Below are positions 22,836 to 36,354 of a DNA stretch of 41,226 bases, piece by piece. A program made the translations under genes and the position numbers. Source of the DNA: Toensbergia leucococca (Eukaryota). The number at the start of each line of letters is the position of its first letter. Within the stretch, counting starts at the first letter, position 1. The DNA lies in assembly GCA_022813965.1 (NCBI GenBank), contig JALDZS010000031.1:124001-165226 (forward strand). The letters run 5' to 3'. A model generated the notes under the pieces. The model saw only the letters and a list, made by a program, of their open reading frames with translations, was not told where the DNA came from and made no database searches.

Positions 22836-23684
22836 ATGGACCTCCGTCGAGTGGGTGACTCTCTCTTGAGATCACGATCGTCACCTCTCTTCTCCTTCCT
22901 CGCACCCTCCGTCTTCCCACCATCACTGCGAATACCAGCAGTCCAACGCCCATTATGTGTCGCCCTCACAAAAAGCTCGAGGCGTCAACAAGCTTTCTCC
23001 ACCTGTCCAATCCAGCTGCAAGCCTCATCCCCAACACCCGCAGCAGCTGAAACTGAACCTGACGAACCCGAGTCCTCGCCCCAACCAAGCGAAAAGGAAG
23101 AACCGAGACTCCAGGACATGATCAACAACTTGTTGAACGACTCACTAGGAGGTATCAATTACAAGGGCAAAGGCAATTATGAGGACCAACGCAAGCCTCC
23201 CCAGCAACAAAACAAGCTGTCATCCGCCGCCCTCCTCGAACGCGATTACCGAAAACAAAAGCTACCTCGAGGAGAATTACTAGCAAACCGACAAGGAGTT
23301 CTTTCCAGGGATATGGTCATCCCAGAATATGACTCCCCTAGATCATTACAACAATATGACGGCAGCTACGGCTTATCTCCCCTCACGGGAAAAGAGCGGG
23401 AAATCACCCCCAGAAACCGTCTCACCATGCGTCTGAATCCTAGTGTCGGCCGTACTGTGGACATCAATCCGGCCAGAGGTATGGATCTGGCGAGGGGGCT
23501 CAAGGCGTTGGCTATCAATTGCGCTATAAACAATGTCAGGCAGGATGCTGCGAGGCAAAGGTTTCACGAGCGGGCGGGGCTGAAGCGGAAGAGGCTAAAG
23601 GCTGATAGGTGGAGGAAGAAGTTCAAGCTGGGATTCAAGGGCATGATTGCTAAGGTGAAGGATATGAGGAAGAAGGGGTGGTGA
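22836..23684 (+). CDS. MRP21: Mitochondrial ribosomal protein bS21m
   Basis: Arg/Ser-rich presequence and C-terminal GRTV..NNVRQD..QRFHERAGLKRKRLK..RWRKKFK..KKGW. Confidence 0.88.
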   Translation: MDLRRVGDSLLRSRSSPLFSFLAPSVFPPSLRIPAVQRPLCVALTKSSRRQQAFSTCPIQLQASSPTPAAAETEPDEPESSPQPSEKEEPRLQDMINNLLNDSLGGINYKGKGNYEDQRKPPQQQNKLSSAALLERDYRKQKLPRGELLANRQGVLSRDMVIPEYDSPRSLQQYDGSYGLSPLTGKEREITPRNRLTMRLNPSVGRTVDINPARGMDLARGLKALAINCAINNVRQDAARQRFHERAGLKRKRLKADRWRKKFKLGFKGMIAKVKDMRKKGW

Positions 23685-26169
23685 GAAGGGTTATCGGGAG
23701 GAAGTGGGCATGGAAGCTGTACATTCGGCGCTGGTGTATCTATAGTGAGCGATTGTCGATCTACGCTGGTCGCCACGTTGTAGAGAATGGCATTGAGCTG
23801 TGCGCTGTTTATATGGTCACTCTCCTGGATCGCTATACCAAAAAGTCAAACGTCTCCCTTTCCTGCATATCTCGCTCCGAATATCAAATCTCACATCCTT
23901 TTTCGACCACTAGACTTGTTCGAAACTTCTACCACACCCTTTGAATGGTCGCAAAGATGACCGTCCACGCACTTTCACTAATGAAAAAGTCTCTCACAGC
24001 ATGAACTGACCCTTCTGGATCTTTCCCAGTTCAGCAGCTAGATAAATCTTATATTTTCGATCTTGGAGAACAGGACGGCAGGTCCAATGGTCTCAAGAGC
24101 AAGTGCCAGAGCAAGAAAGACGAAATGTGATACAAGCAATAGAAGATAAAACTATTCCATATTTGACAAAACCTTATTATCTAAATCTCACGCCGTCTTG
24201 TATCTTTGAGCTTGCATAACGATATGCAGGTGCGATGCACAGAAAATTGGGACCACACCACTCACCACTCCTTCATGCTTATGATAACGCTTGATATGAG
24301 TAACAAGCGCGCCACGGTCGGAATAGGGATCCTAACATGTCAGTAACACAATAATAACAGAATACAATGATTGTATGCACATCAACGCTACAAAGCTTGA
24401 CCGAAGCATCGCGATCATGACGCTTGACATCATAGCGGCAGTAGACTTCATACGGGAAGACGACAAGCGAACCGTCCTCCTATCAGATTGTTAACATGAT
24501 ATGATTGTGTTATGATCGTGATCGTACTTCTTCAGCAAAAGGAGGGAGACCGGCAGGGCGCGTGTTCCATACTTCCTTCAATGCATCTAGGCACTCCAGT
24601 ACAAGAAAATCTGAATGGTGCCGGAAGCTCATCCATCGTGTCTTTTGGATTTAGATTCAATCCAGGAGCTTGATATTCGCATCTGTCAATTGGTTGAGGG
24701 GCTTGCCTTCCTTGTGCTTTTTGAAGAATAGTTTGACAGTTGACGCTTGTTCTATGGAATGCTGCATTCGTGTTTCTTAACTGTTCGTGGGCAGACTTGG
24801 AGAGCGAGTAGGTTTCCACAGTGCTGATCTTGATGATGGTCTTGGTGGTCACAAAGGTGGTGTCGTTTTTTGGCTCGGCACATTTTGTCCGATGCATGCT
24901 TGTCTGGCTAGTCATTGACGCCTTCATCTTCAACAATTTCTGCCATCTGATTCATCAGACTTGTACAGTGGTACTGAGCACTTCTCCGTCAATCGAGCAA
25001 TCTTATCAACCAGGATGAGATTTCAAATCATATGATTCTGCTACTGGGCTTCATGCCTGTGAAACGTAGCATCTCCTTGACAAGTTCCTCTGATACTTTT
25101 TCCTCTCAATGTAGTCAAACGGTCAAGCAGATTTCCATCAAGGGTGACTCAAAAGCATTGAACCTGAAACCAAAGGTACAAGGCACACAACGCCTTGAAC
25201 TTGTTGAAAGCCCTCGGTTATCTTTTCTTCAATGAAGTGGCTAAGTATGGACTCTTTGATACAAGGATACCAGGGAGAGGAATGAACGCTTCAATGGAGA
25301 GGGTGAAAAGCTTGAATCAAGGATGTAGAAAGCTTCATAAATATAATTAGTTGTCTAAGTTGCTCTGAACTAAAGATGACTTTGTAAGCTGACATTCTTG
25401 TTCGCATTGCTTACAGACGGGGTAAATGCTCCCTTGAGCCTTGAACCAATCCCAACGTCCCTAGACTGACAAGTCTGTTTTAAAGGTATTCTTTGTTCGT
25501 ACAAATACGTTGTCTCACCACGAACTTTAATTGCTTCACATCGTCACCTGCTCCTTCTTCCTGTCGAAGAAAGGTTAGATCTCCGACCAACGCGGTCGAT
25601 TTGCTCGTCCTTTGCTAATTGGATGTTTGGGACGATTAAAGTACTGTCTGAACTTCCGTGGAACTTTTGAAATCATGCATTGTTGATTTGGAGCCACTTC
25701 GTCCAGTGGTGGCATCAGGCAACTGAGGGTACAATCTCAAGGCTTTTAAATGCAAATGCAGATTCGGTATTTCCAACTATTAGGTTAGCTTTTGAGGCCA
25801 GCCATTATTGGCCTCACATGCTTGCCAAGGTCGACAAGGATCAAAGACAAATACCTACCCTTGGGTTGCGGTTCAGGTCTCAGACACAGTCGCTATTCCC
25901 AGTGCTGCAAATATGCTTCTTTGCGCTTTCTGTCCCCTTTCTTTGCTTTCTGCAAACGCAATCGCCAAGCACTTCATTGGCTTGTGATGATATCCTTGAC
26001 CATCTGACGCAGTACTGAATATGCGGCATAAATCAAACTCTTTATCTTATTGTATGTGAATGGTGTTTTCCCTGTGTTGAGTGAGTGTTTCAATATGTTG
26101 ATCTCCTTAATCCTAATCCTTTGACATTAGGTTGAACTTATCAGTAGAAGTTATCATGAAGCCTACCGA

Positions 26170-26830
26170 GGAATGCATCAAATCCATCCTTCCCATCTTT
26201 TCAAATTCAGAGTGGGTCCTGGGAGAGCTTCTCACCAGCCTCAAATACAGCACTATCCACTTGGCGATCCGGTGCTCGGAACAAGGTTCTGGACAAAACC
26301 ATCTGCTGCTTGACTCTTAGATCCAGGTACGTAGACTATCTTAAGGTGTAGTTATCGCATCCGCATAGCCCAATTCGCGTATATTCCATCATAAATGCCG
26401 GAACTCAGGAAGGACACAAGGGGTTTATGGTCGGTGTGAATGACCCCAGGAAGAGAAGGGTTCTGAAACAGATAGCTGTACTTTAGGGAGAACTTGACAA
26501 ATGACAATGGCGCATAGCTCTCATTTATAGGTTGGATACTTTCGCTCCGACACTAAGAAGGAATCGTAGATAATGGGACGCATCTCTTCAGTGGACAAAG
26601 AATTGGACGATGACCATGTCACCAGCAAACTTGCTGGCATCGCTAGATATGTCTGAGATGAGGGCTCAGTCAAATCCATACATGACAGTACGCGAGGCAC
26701 ACTTTATCTTCAGGATTTCAAACGAAAATTGCTCAGACGGAACCCATCTCCATAATATCTTTTCAATTAGTCTGGTGAGATGCCTGGTGATTTCTGCGTG
26801 GTTCTTCACTCACTGATGAGATATCTCAGT
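26170..26830 (-). mobile_element. Degenerate Ty3/gypsy LTR-retrotransposon pol fragment (RT connection + RNase H)
   Basis: The minus strand reads VKNHAEITRHLTRL..WRWVPSEQFSFEILKIKCA..SSDASKFAG..ERKYPTYK*ELCAIV..VIHTDHKPLVSFL..WAMRMR*LHLKIVYVPGSKSQAADG/LSRTLF, with stops and frameshifts. Confidence 0.85.
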
Positions 26831-27699
26831 TGATAGGAAAAGGACACTGAAAACAGCTCAGGTAAATCATGCACAGAAACTAACCAGGTGAGAAATGATT
26901 AGCTGCGAGCTCTTCTAAGCCGACATATTCGTGCTATACTAAGATCATCTGTAACTTATTAATGATTGCTAAGGTGACTGTTTTTGGGGCAAAAGAAGAG
27001 ATAAGTTGTTATCATGCAGCATGAGAGACGTAGTCCTTTACAGAAGAACAATTGAGAATGATTAGAGTCTGGACTCAACAGAACAAATAACATTTTAAAA
27101 GAATGAATGAAAGGTTTGATAAGAAAAGGTTGATGATATTGATAGTGTGGTGGTTCCACCATAGGTTCCTCAATTGGAGGCCTCGTATCTGCGTCGGTTC
27201 CTAGACGTAGTATCGCCGACGTGGGATTCTCTCGTAGCTCAATCAATTTTCGGGCATCGATATCGAATCCGCCATCTAGAATCTGTGGCATTTGTCTAAT
27301 TAAACGGCGAGGCCTCGGATCTCATCGAAACTTAGTTCAGGTCTCCGCAATCCTATGGTTTCGTCGCGGTTATTCCACGCCCATTGCGCAAGTTCCCATT
27401 CCCATTTTTTCTCGCTATTACATTCTCTTCGCATTCCAGTTTGTACACGGCATGAGCATGGCGTTTGCAGTCGCTATGAGCTTTAGCTGCCTGGTTCACG
27501 GTGTTTTGACAGTCTTCCTTCCAATAGTAGCCTTCAGTGAATGAGACGTTCCGTTCATTGATAGTTGAACTGAAGGCGTCCTTTGTATGGTATCGGGTTG
27601 CTGGAGTCTCCTTGGACTCTGCAATGACAGAATTCATGTCCTCTTACAGATAGAGCGTCTTCTTGTTCTCAGCATAGAATTTCTTGAATTTGCCTCTCA

Positions 27700-30143
27700 C
27701 TGATTAGGACTCGTAGTGAAGATGAATCCATATCTCTGACCTGCAAGAAGCGCAATCAAGATGGTTCAAGCCCGGAAAATAAATCTTTGTATCTCTTTCC
27801 CATTGTCATGCCTTCTCGCCTGTAAGCTGCTTCTTGAACACTGTTTAGATAGGAGCAATTTTCCTCCAAAGACGAAAAATGCGAGGTTGCTTAAATATTG
27901 TCGGAGAGCCGAAATATAAGGCTTGAGATAAACTTAGGTTGATTATGAGCATTCAATCCTCCTTCTTTCTTATAATATGGGAAATAGTGTAGGAAACCAG
28001 GTAAACAAGCAAGAAATTGCATCAAAATCTATAAGCCGTGGAATGCGTCTGTCTAGCACTGATCTGAAGCACGGGGGGTATTTCCATGCCTTGCAACCAG
28101 TGGAATAGCGATGACTTCTCCCTACTTTCACCTCAAGCTTGTAATACTCTACCGGGCACCGGTGCAACACTTTTTTATCCTTTATCGCTGGCATCATCCC
28201 TTCTCTGGCCTTTTCAATCACTTTAAGAGGTCTCACATGTTTCTCTTAGGATTAGCTGTGAGCCGCCAAAGAGAGGCTTGAGGCTAACATTCATTCGGTC
28301 TATGGTCTTGTTTTTATAACTCTTGATATTATTGAAAATCTTTATGCGAGCTGTAATCCATTCAAATGAGTCTACGGAGATTTTGTTCCGATAGGCTTCT
28401 TTGATCCCAGTCTCAAATTCTTTGTTCGAAAAGTGTAAGAGCGTCATTTCCGTCAATTTGCTTGACACACGCTGTTCTCGATCTCATGATGACAACGAAA
28501 AGGTAACGTAACTCCTCAATTCCAATGGCGTTTGGCACTTTTATATTGAGAACGCATGTGCAAGTTTGGATTTGCGATTCCGAAATAACCCTTCTGAGCG
28601 TGAAGACGGAAAATGCCTGTCCAGTGAGATCGTATCGCTGAGCTAGATACACCAAGTCTTAGAAAGTCTATGTGTTCTCCAATTACCCTGGTTCCTCGAT
28701 TCGATGATCTCTCACTCTGATGAAAGTGGAATACTTCATACCATTGAACCCAACAGAGGGTCATTGAAGAATTTGAATACTTGATCAAAGGGTCTGATCA
28801 TCTGGGGGCAGCGAATGACGTCCTATCCTCTCCGACCTAGACTGACAGAAGGTGATAGCAGCTTGGGGCAGTAAGACCTTAGTAAATGCAGGGTGGAGTC
28901 ACAGTCTTCTGGTGAACTGGTGAACTTCCAGGGTATGATGTATTCTAAAGGTATTGCCCCTGTAATCAGTAATTGAAAGGTCCATACATCATGTAGCAAA
29001 TGCAGATGAGAAAGTAAGCACTCTACATGCTTTTGAGGAATTTGTGCGGCTTTGACACAATCTTTTTCATCAATGAAGGAATGATTGTAGACACAGCTCT
29101 CTGTAGAATGTTCATGGTTATGTCCTTTAATGCCTTGAACAAATTGACAACGTTCATTTTCCCTGTCCTGGCTTGAATTAAATGATTATAATCTTACTGG
29201 TTGTTCATGATCATCTTTGATCCTTTGTCCGTAATCAAGCAGGCTTTGATATTCATTCTGAATATAACATTCTCTGTTGATCCTTGTACCAAGAGTCATG
29301 CCTGAATTACAAGTTGTTCATTCGCTTCCAGTACCTGAGAGCCTATTCATTGTGATGAATGGTCTCCTTATCGAGAATAAAACACCTTATGGAGAATGAA
29401 ACAATTAGTTTGATGAGTTTCAAAGGCCACGCCTCAAATTTGTTGACGTCTAGATCATTCAGCTTCGTACATATACCATATAATCACCACGTCTTCCATA
29501 TACTTGATCTAAACCTCCTTACCTGGCTCCAGAGTTGGGGTTAAATTCATTATGAGCATTTTGGACATGCTCAACGTCAAGAAAGTCATTGGACATCGTT
29601 CAAAAAGCCGTCTTGCAATGATTGAGGTTCAGACCCTTATTCCTATTCTTCATGCTCTCAGTCGCGGCTGTTGGATTCAACTCCTACCTCGGAGCGATTG
29701 GCGGAGCCCACAGTCCATCGTTACCTGGGGGATGGCGATTTTCGCGGGGACGTGGTATAAGTTGAATCTTGTATTATGAAGTAACTTACTCCGACAGGAG
29801 TGGCTGGTGGTGTTATATCTGGCTCTCATGTTTGGTAATCCGTTCTAAAAGGTTATGGCAAATTGATTGTCGAGCTTGCTTGACCGAAGACCTCGAGAAA
29901 GCACTATAAGATATCTGCGGCTACCCTTGGGATGAATACTTTGAGCAGCTGAGGGTTTAGATATGAGTCATCACTGGCTGAGTCTCTGACCCAGACCACC
30001 GTTCCCTCTGCATCTAATTCAGTTAGTGCCGCTGGATCCGGTAATACCTGACAATGTTGAACCGGGTCGTGAACGGACAATATCAGAGTCTCCAAAATCA
30101 AATTCGCCCTTATAACAAGAACGTCTTCCATCCAAAGATTCAT
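27700..30143 (-). pseudogene. Decayed, unidentified coding relic(s)
   Basis: A chain of short minus-strand ORF fragments broken by stops, with an ATG at 30143, a TA run upstream (about 30219-30232) and intron-like GT..CTAAC..AG remnants. No family recognised. Confidence 0.3.
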
Positions 30144-30286
30144 TGTGGTAGCAAAGATTGTGTTGACAGCTACATCGAAAAGAGGACAGGAGATGATCTG
30201 AAATCGTTTGATGAGACCTATATATATATATACATTACATATGCCCCGAACTTGTGAACGTGAGATACTGTATTCGGACTCGAAAA

Positions 30287-30362
30287 GGAGCAGCGGGGAG
30301 CATAGCCGCTTCAAGGGGAGCACCAATGGAGCATCGGGGAGCATCGGGGGAGCAACGGGGAG
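30287..30362. repeat. Short imperfect tandem repeat (6 x GGAGCA core, often followed by (T/A/G)CGGG)
   Basis: GGAGCA occurs at about 30287, 30297, 30317, 30328, 30338 and 30349. Confidence 0.7.
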
Positions 30363-30803
30363 AAGTACGAGTAGTCGGAAAATTTAGTTCTACCCGAAAT
30401 GTTCGGTTTACCTGCAAAATCTTATTATTTACATTAGATTATAGCGATGAGATATTTACAGAAGTTAGATCTGCAATGCCTTCCCTTACTCCAGCAACGC
30501 ATGGATTGAAAGGTGAAGAGTGTTCGAAAGAACTCGAAGCGTGTTAGCACTTCGTGATAATGAATACTTTGCATCGCTGCATGAAGCATAAAGTCCAGTG
30601 AGTTTTCAAAATGCAGAGACCAAATAGATGAAAAGGAAGACTTGCTGAATGCTGCAATCTTATTGCAACAATGGCCATCAACTTTGACCCAAAGGGGGCC
30701 AATTAAATGTATGTCAAATCACAGCTTCCCAAATCTCTTCGACCATACGAGTAGACAAAGTATCAAAGATGAGCGTAAACGTCACGCGACTCGATTCATA
30801 CTC

Positions 30804-31515
30804 TCACAATTTCTCTTGAGCCATACTCTGATCCTTGAGCTCAGTCACAACCCCCGTCTCCGTATCCATGGCGAACCCTCTGATTTCCACACCAGCCAAA
30901 ACCTTCGACCGCTGAAGCGTCCCAACATCTTCCATAATCGTTCTTTCAAAATCGTCTGCCTCAAAACAGCCATAAGAACCTGTAGCGTCAATTTCAGCCT
31001 CCGCCTCTGGCGTCCTCGTTTTGGCGTCCTTGCGTAAACTTTCCTCGGTCACGTGAGTCATACCGCAATCTTTACAGAATGTGCGTCAACATTTGAACAT
31101 AGATGACTTTTTCAGTCGTGATATGCAAGCAGCGTTGGGAAGGGGGGAGGAAAGAGCTACCTGTGTGATGAACCACGAGCACAGCCGCAGCGTTCATTAA
31201 AGATCGCAGAACCGTGATGCTGGTAACAGCATCTTTACTCGCCCGCCCACCTGCGTTGCGGATGACGGGCGTACGTAGCAGGGGGCCGAAGAACTGCTCT
31301 GGGATACAGCGCGGGTCAAGGCAAGTTACTGATTATGACGGATAGAATTAGTATTTCTCTATCATGAGGAAAAGAGACGTACAGATGATAATGCCCCCGC
31401 CACCTTGAACCTGCGCAGCACGCATCTGCTCCATGGTGGGAGGCTTGTGCCATGTTTCCGTAAAGGCATGGTTGTTCTTGAGCAAGGCTTGAACTTTGGA
31501 GTCGACGTCTCCCAT
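30804..31515 (-). CDS. Beta-class carbonic anhydrase (clade D / COS-hydrolase-like), 3 exons
   Basis: The spliced protein contains TCLDPR, VIRNAGGR and VVHHT/DCGM (Zn ligands CxD..HxxC), plus EDVGTL..IRGFAMDTETG. Confidence 0.88.
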
Positions 31516-32797
31516 TTTTGCTGGTTTTCCCAAGGTACGTTTTTGCTGACAAGATGTTTGAAGGAAAGAAAGGCTGTTTGGCGGGGATTGCAGCTTAGCT
31601 TTAAGCAGCCCTGTTGTCTGTATTAGTCGTCATGATGGAAAGCAAGATGTTTCCTCGATTGCTAATTCTGGCGGTCTATAGAAAAGCCTCGAGGCCCTAC
31701 GATTAGTGTTCACGATGGTAACCGAGGTTGCTACTCGTGGCATTGAGAAAAAGAGGTGAACTCTGGCTAAGTAATCCAGTAGGTGATTGATCGATTACTG
31801 ATAATGCCTTGAACAAGCAACAGCGTTTCAAGCGGTTGCATGATGACATATCAGTATCTTGCGGCGAGAGTTCAGGATCTCGAAAAGTTGAGGTCCGAGG
31901 CAATTCCTCCACTTCATGCAGGGAAAATTAGGCACATAGCATATCCTAATCTGCCGAGGTTCAAGAGAGTGGTCAAAAGGTGAACAATTAATCCCATAGA
32001 TCAAATCTGCTTGTCCTCGAGAGACTCTCTACACTCGTCAGTGTACAGAATGACATTCCTTACCGTCTCTTGTTGATTACTGGCGACAGCAGGACTGTGT
32101 CGACTTGAGAATTCTCATTGGACCGCTGAATTTGCATACGCTAGACCAATAAAAGTCTGGTCATAATGGCATCAGGCCATCCTGCTGGTGCATGGTATAT
32201 AGGAAGCAAATGCAATTCACAGACTTGACAGACCGCCATAAAATCTGACGTTCTCAATAAATGGCTTACGCCACAGTCAGTGGATATGACATGTTGAGAA
32301 ACAAGGGGTGACAGGCTTGACTTGGCCACGGTACATGTTGCACACCATTGGTAGTGAAATAAACTTCGAGTTCACGCGTGCGTAATCATGGTCTCTCACT
32401 GTCCGATATCACGCCTGCCGGAAGGGGTGTGTCATTGAACGAGTATCATACTCAATAAGGTCTGGTCAGAATCAACGTCCGATGTCTATCTCTACGGACA
32501 TACCACGGAATTAGCTAGGTAATTGTGATGGGGAGACATGTGTCTTATGGAGTGGCTGGACTCACATATGAGCTCGCGTCTTGTGATGGCAAATGTGTGG
32601 TAAGATAAGGAAGAGTTCAGTAGTACCACCACATCTGTGCTCAAAGTCAGCCCATTCAAAATTATCACCAATTTAGACTGAACACAGGAGATTTCTCAAA
32701 CCCAACCACTGCCATACCTGTAACAATCATGCCTAGACGCACTTTGCCTTTCCCTCCATTCCAATACCGTCCCCTCACCGCACTTTCTCCTCTTCTA

Positions 32798-33104
32798 TCA
32801 TCTCCATTTCCCCGGACCGCTAAAATCTACTTCTCCCTTCTCTACTGTCCTGACCTTCGGCAGCACCTTCCCCAACTCCTCTCGATCCTTCTCGCTTGGA
32901 ACGAACCCGAAGCTCTTTTCCGCTTGATCGGAAAGAAAGATCCCGAAAACCGCGTATGAGATGATACCAAGACCAATGAAGAGGCGGGTGCGGGGTTGGA
33001 GGGTGCGATAGGTTCTGCAGCAAGGAGAGGGGACGTTAGTGGGTTGGTGAGAGTTGAGGTCGGGACTTTGGAGTTGGAAGGAGGACAAACTGCCAAATGG
33101 ACAT
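32798..33104 (-). CDS. Small single-TM fungal protein of unknown function (~75 aa)
   Basis: MSIWQ, intron, then TYRTLQPRTRLFIGLGIISYAVFGIFLSDQAEKSFGFVPSEKDREEL..LPKVRTVEK. Confidence 0.65.
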
Positions 33105-33390
33105 TATGAGGAACGGGACAGATGTTGTGAGGATGAAGAAGGAATATGGGGTAACATTTTTACGATTTAAGCGAGATGCTAACCCTCGAGGACTCGATAG
33201 AAGCAAGTCCTTCAACGCTCGTGCGATCACTAGATAGGAGACACCAGGATCGAGAGCTCAAGTTTCATTGCTGCAAATTATATCTTTATACATGGACTCC
33301 TGTGCGCCAATCTATGCCCGAGGACCCTAAAAGCCTTCGTCCGTTCCTTTACTCCGTACTGTACACAACTTCCATTACCAAGTCGAGTTC

Positions 33391-34376
33391 TCAGAAGCAT
33401 AGATATCCCACACCTCCGGCTGCCGTCATACCTACTCCGATCCACCACCAACGATCTGCATTAATTGGTTGCTTCCTTTTAATTAGGGCATTTCGGTTCA
33501 TAGGCTCCGTTATGCCCTGGCTACCCTCCAAGCCCCTTTTTGTCTTAGTTTTGCTCGTTGATTTGGCTGCCCCACTTGAAGTCGACGTGGTGGGATTCAA
33601 GGTTTGGGTTGGCAGCATTTGTGGGGGTTTGTAAGCTAGGTACATGGGATTAAGAGGTGACCCGTCGAATTGAAACATGTCCAGACGGAGAATATTGTGA
33701 TATGGATCCGTGTAGACCGAGAAACGCTGCGGTTGAAAAGACTGTGTAAGCTACTACTCATTTCCACGGACTAGGAAAAGTCGAGGGCGAAATTTATTAC
33801 CTGGAAGAATTCTGATTGATTGTAGCGGGTGAAGATGGCGTTATCGTATTCACATGGATTTGAGAGCAGTTGCCGACCGTCCACACCGAAGGGTGTCAGA
33901 GTGAGGGAGCCATTGGCCGCTTCTTGAAATGTACCGTGCTGGAATTGCATTATGCCCTGAGGACATGAAGGTGTCGTAGCTGGCAGGGATTGTCAGATGC
34001 AATGGACGGTGGGTATTGAACGGAAAACCTACGATTTGATATGGCCCGATAGTATGCTTCTTCATAGTATCCATCGGCGGAAAATGAATATGAAATGCCT
34101 GTCAAAGCTGGCTCAAACATCTTTTCGTTTACGGGGTCGTAAAATCCCTAGAATCGCCCTGGTCAGTCTCAAACGGTCAAGCAGCGAGAGAACACATCTT
34201 GCGCCTCTCATATATGCGCCTCGAACTGTTCCTCAGAAAAGGGAACTGACTGGTCCAGTGAACACTTTGTTGGATTTGGTCGACCATGTTCCAACCAACT
34301 GAGGGTTAATCTGGGCTGCCGATATTGATGCAAGGACAATGCCCGCTATCACCATGGACTTGAATGAGTGTGGCAT
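33391..34376 (-). CDS. ROT1: ER chaperone Rot1, multi-exon
   Basis: Signal peptide, [71 protein letters not shown] and a C-terminal TM helix. Confidence 0.93.
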
Positions 34377-34614
34377 TAGATCTGAATGAAAAGAGAGTCG
34401 GTTGTCCGTGTTGCAGTCAGGATGACAAGGACGCCAGAAGGTTGAGGGTGGTCAATTCTGCGCCACACACAATTGAGGCGCTTCAGCTTTGACGACGCCA
34501 CAACCTTATGAAATCTAATTTTCAGTTTTCAATTCTCATCGTGCACCCAACGCTTATCGTATCTGTAATTAGGTTGCCTTGATACAGGCTACCGGCTATT
34601 GGAAATCTGCTGGA

Positions 34615-35448
34615 ATGGGTACCGAAATGGCTGCACTTCAACTAGCCAAGAAGAGCCTACGAGCAGCAATGCGCCAGAAATTGTCACAACTGGCACAAGA
34701 TAACATCGCCCGTCAATGTCGGTGGATGATGCCCAAGAGGCCAACCATCAGATACGCTAATTCGATAAACCAGCCAATTTGATCAAAGAAAGACTATTGT
34801 CTATTCCAGAGTACAAAAACGCAAAACGAATCTGTGTATATCTTTCTATGCCGACAGGCGAGGTCTCTACAAGGTCTATTGTTTATGACGCCTTTCAAAA
34901 GGGCAAGGAAGTCTATGTCCCTTATACTTACAAGCTCGAATCTTACATGCCTGATGGTCCCAAGTCAGTAATGGACATGGTGTCTCTAGATTCAGTAGCC
35001 GATTATGAAGCCTTGGAATCCGATGCCTGGGGCATACCCACTCCTGGAAAGCAATCAATTCCCGGCAGGAAAAAGTGTCTTGGGGACGCTGATACCGCAT
35101 CAGGGGACGGTCCACAAGACCGTGCTGATTTGGAAAGCCTCGATATGATTATCATGCCAGGTATGGCATTTGACAGGGGATTCAAGAGACTCGGGCATGG
35201 TAAAGGGTTTTATGACTTTTTTTTGCAACGATATCAACAAACGAAGGCCAGTGACAACGTCAGTAGCAGCAAAATGCCATGTCTTGGTAAGATTTCTTTT
35301 CTTTGTCAATGATGAGACTGATTATGACTGTACAGTTGGACTAGCTCTTCAAGAACAAGTCATTGCGGATGACCAACAGATTCCTACCAGTGTATCTGAT
35401 TGGCCTTTGGACGCGTTAATTATTGGCGACGGGGAAATACTTCGATGA
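34615..35448 (+). CDS. FAU1: 5-formyltetrahydrofolate cyclo-ligase, 3 exons
   Basis: AKKSLR, VYLSMPTGEVST, WGIP, DMIIMPGMAFD..RLGHGKGFYD and GLALQEQ..DWPLD. Confidence 0.93.
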
Positions 35449-36354
35449 CAGGTTGGGCAATGCCCGGGAGTATGCAATGGTAGTTTGAAGCACCTTTTCC
35501 CCGTGATATCTCCAGTGCCGCGTGAGCATCTAGAGCATCAGACGGTCTAGATTCTGCCCACCCGCGTGCCAAAACGCTTTTCTATTATTGTAAGGCCTGT
35601 ATGAGAGAAACGTTGTCTCCTTTCAATAAAATCTGGCCTACACATATCAGCTGAGGTAATACGTCAAGAGTTGGTGATAGATAGACGCGTCATACCCAAC
35701 TCTCTTCGTTTCTCCTCTGGATCAGCCTTGGTAGGTTGCTTTACCTCCACCGCATCATCTATTACCAGATTCATGAACTCATCAAATCCCTACAGCCATC
35801 ATAATTTAGCGTCCCCCATTTTTTCATAACTTTGACAAGGCGAGCATACTCTGATCTTCCCCTCGATTCGGATAGCCAATTGCTCGTATAACCAGATAGA
35901 TACGGTAGAGTGCTGTTGCAGAAGCTTGAAGATAAAGTTGATCGGGGGTAGAAGGACCTTTCCTCTTCCCCCGCCGCCGCGACCGGTCATGGCGAATATG
36001 TGATCCTCCTGAACTCGGATGTTGGATCTTTGATAGTGCTGTGCCTGCTTGAAGCTGCGTGTAGAATTGCGAAGCAGAGTACTAACCTTCTAGGCCTTTG
36101 GTCCCTCCGCAGTACGAGTACTCGTAGCTGAGAATGGAAGTGTGAAATATTTAACGGGCCGTTCAAAGCCCGAAAGCTTTGACGATCAATCTTCTTCCTC
36201 CACAATTCAAAACACTGCCCCGCCATACTCCACGCAAAATATTTCTTCATGAATACATCTGTCGGGTACTTAAAGCATGATTGTCCCCTTACGATTTTCA
36301 TAAACCTTTTGCTCCAACCAAGAACCCATCATTTCACTGCTTGCTACTCTCAAT

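Noticed and set aside
26615..26660. SSDASKF as motif A of a bunyavirus-like RdRp (endogenous virus)
   Set aside because: Downstream ERKY..ELCAIV, TDHKPL and YVPG..ADG motifs identify it as the DAS motif of gypsy RNase H.
24522..30370. 10-bp inverted match TCGTACTTCT / AGAAGTACGA bracketing the decayed island, as possible TIRs
   Set aside because: The match does not extend and has no target-site duplication, so it is compatible with chance.
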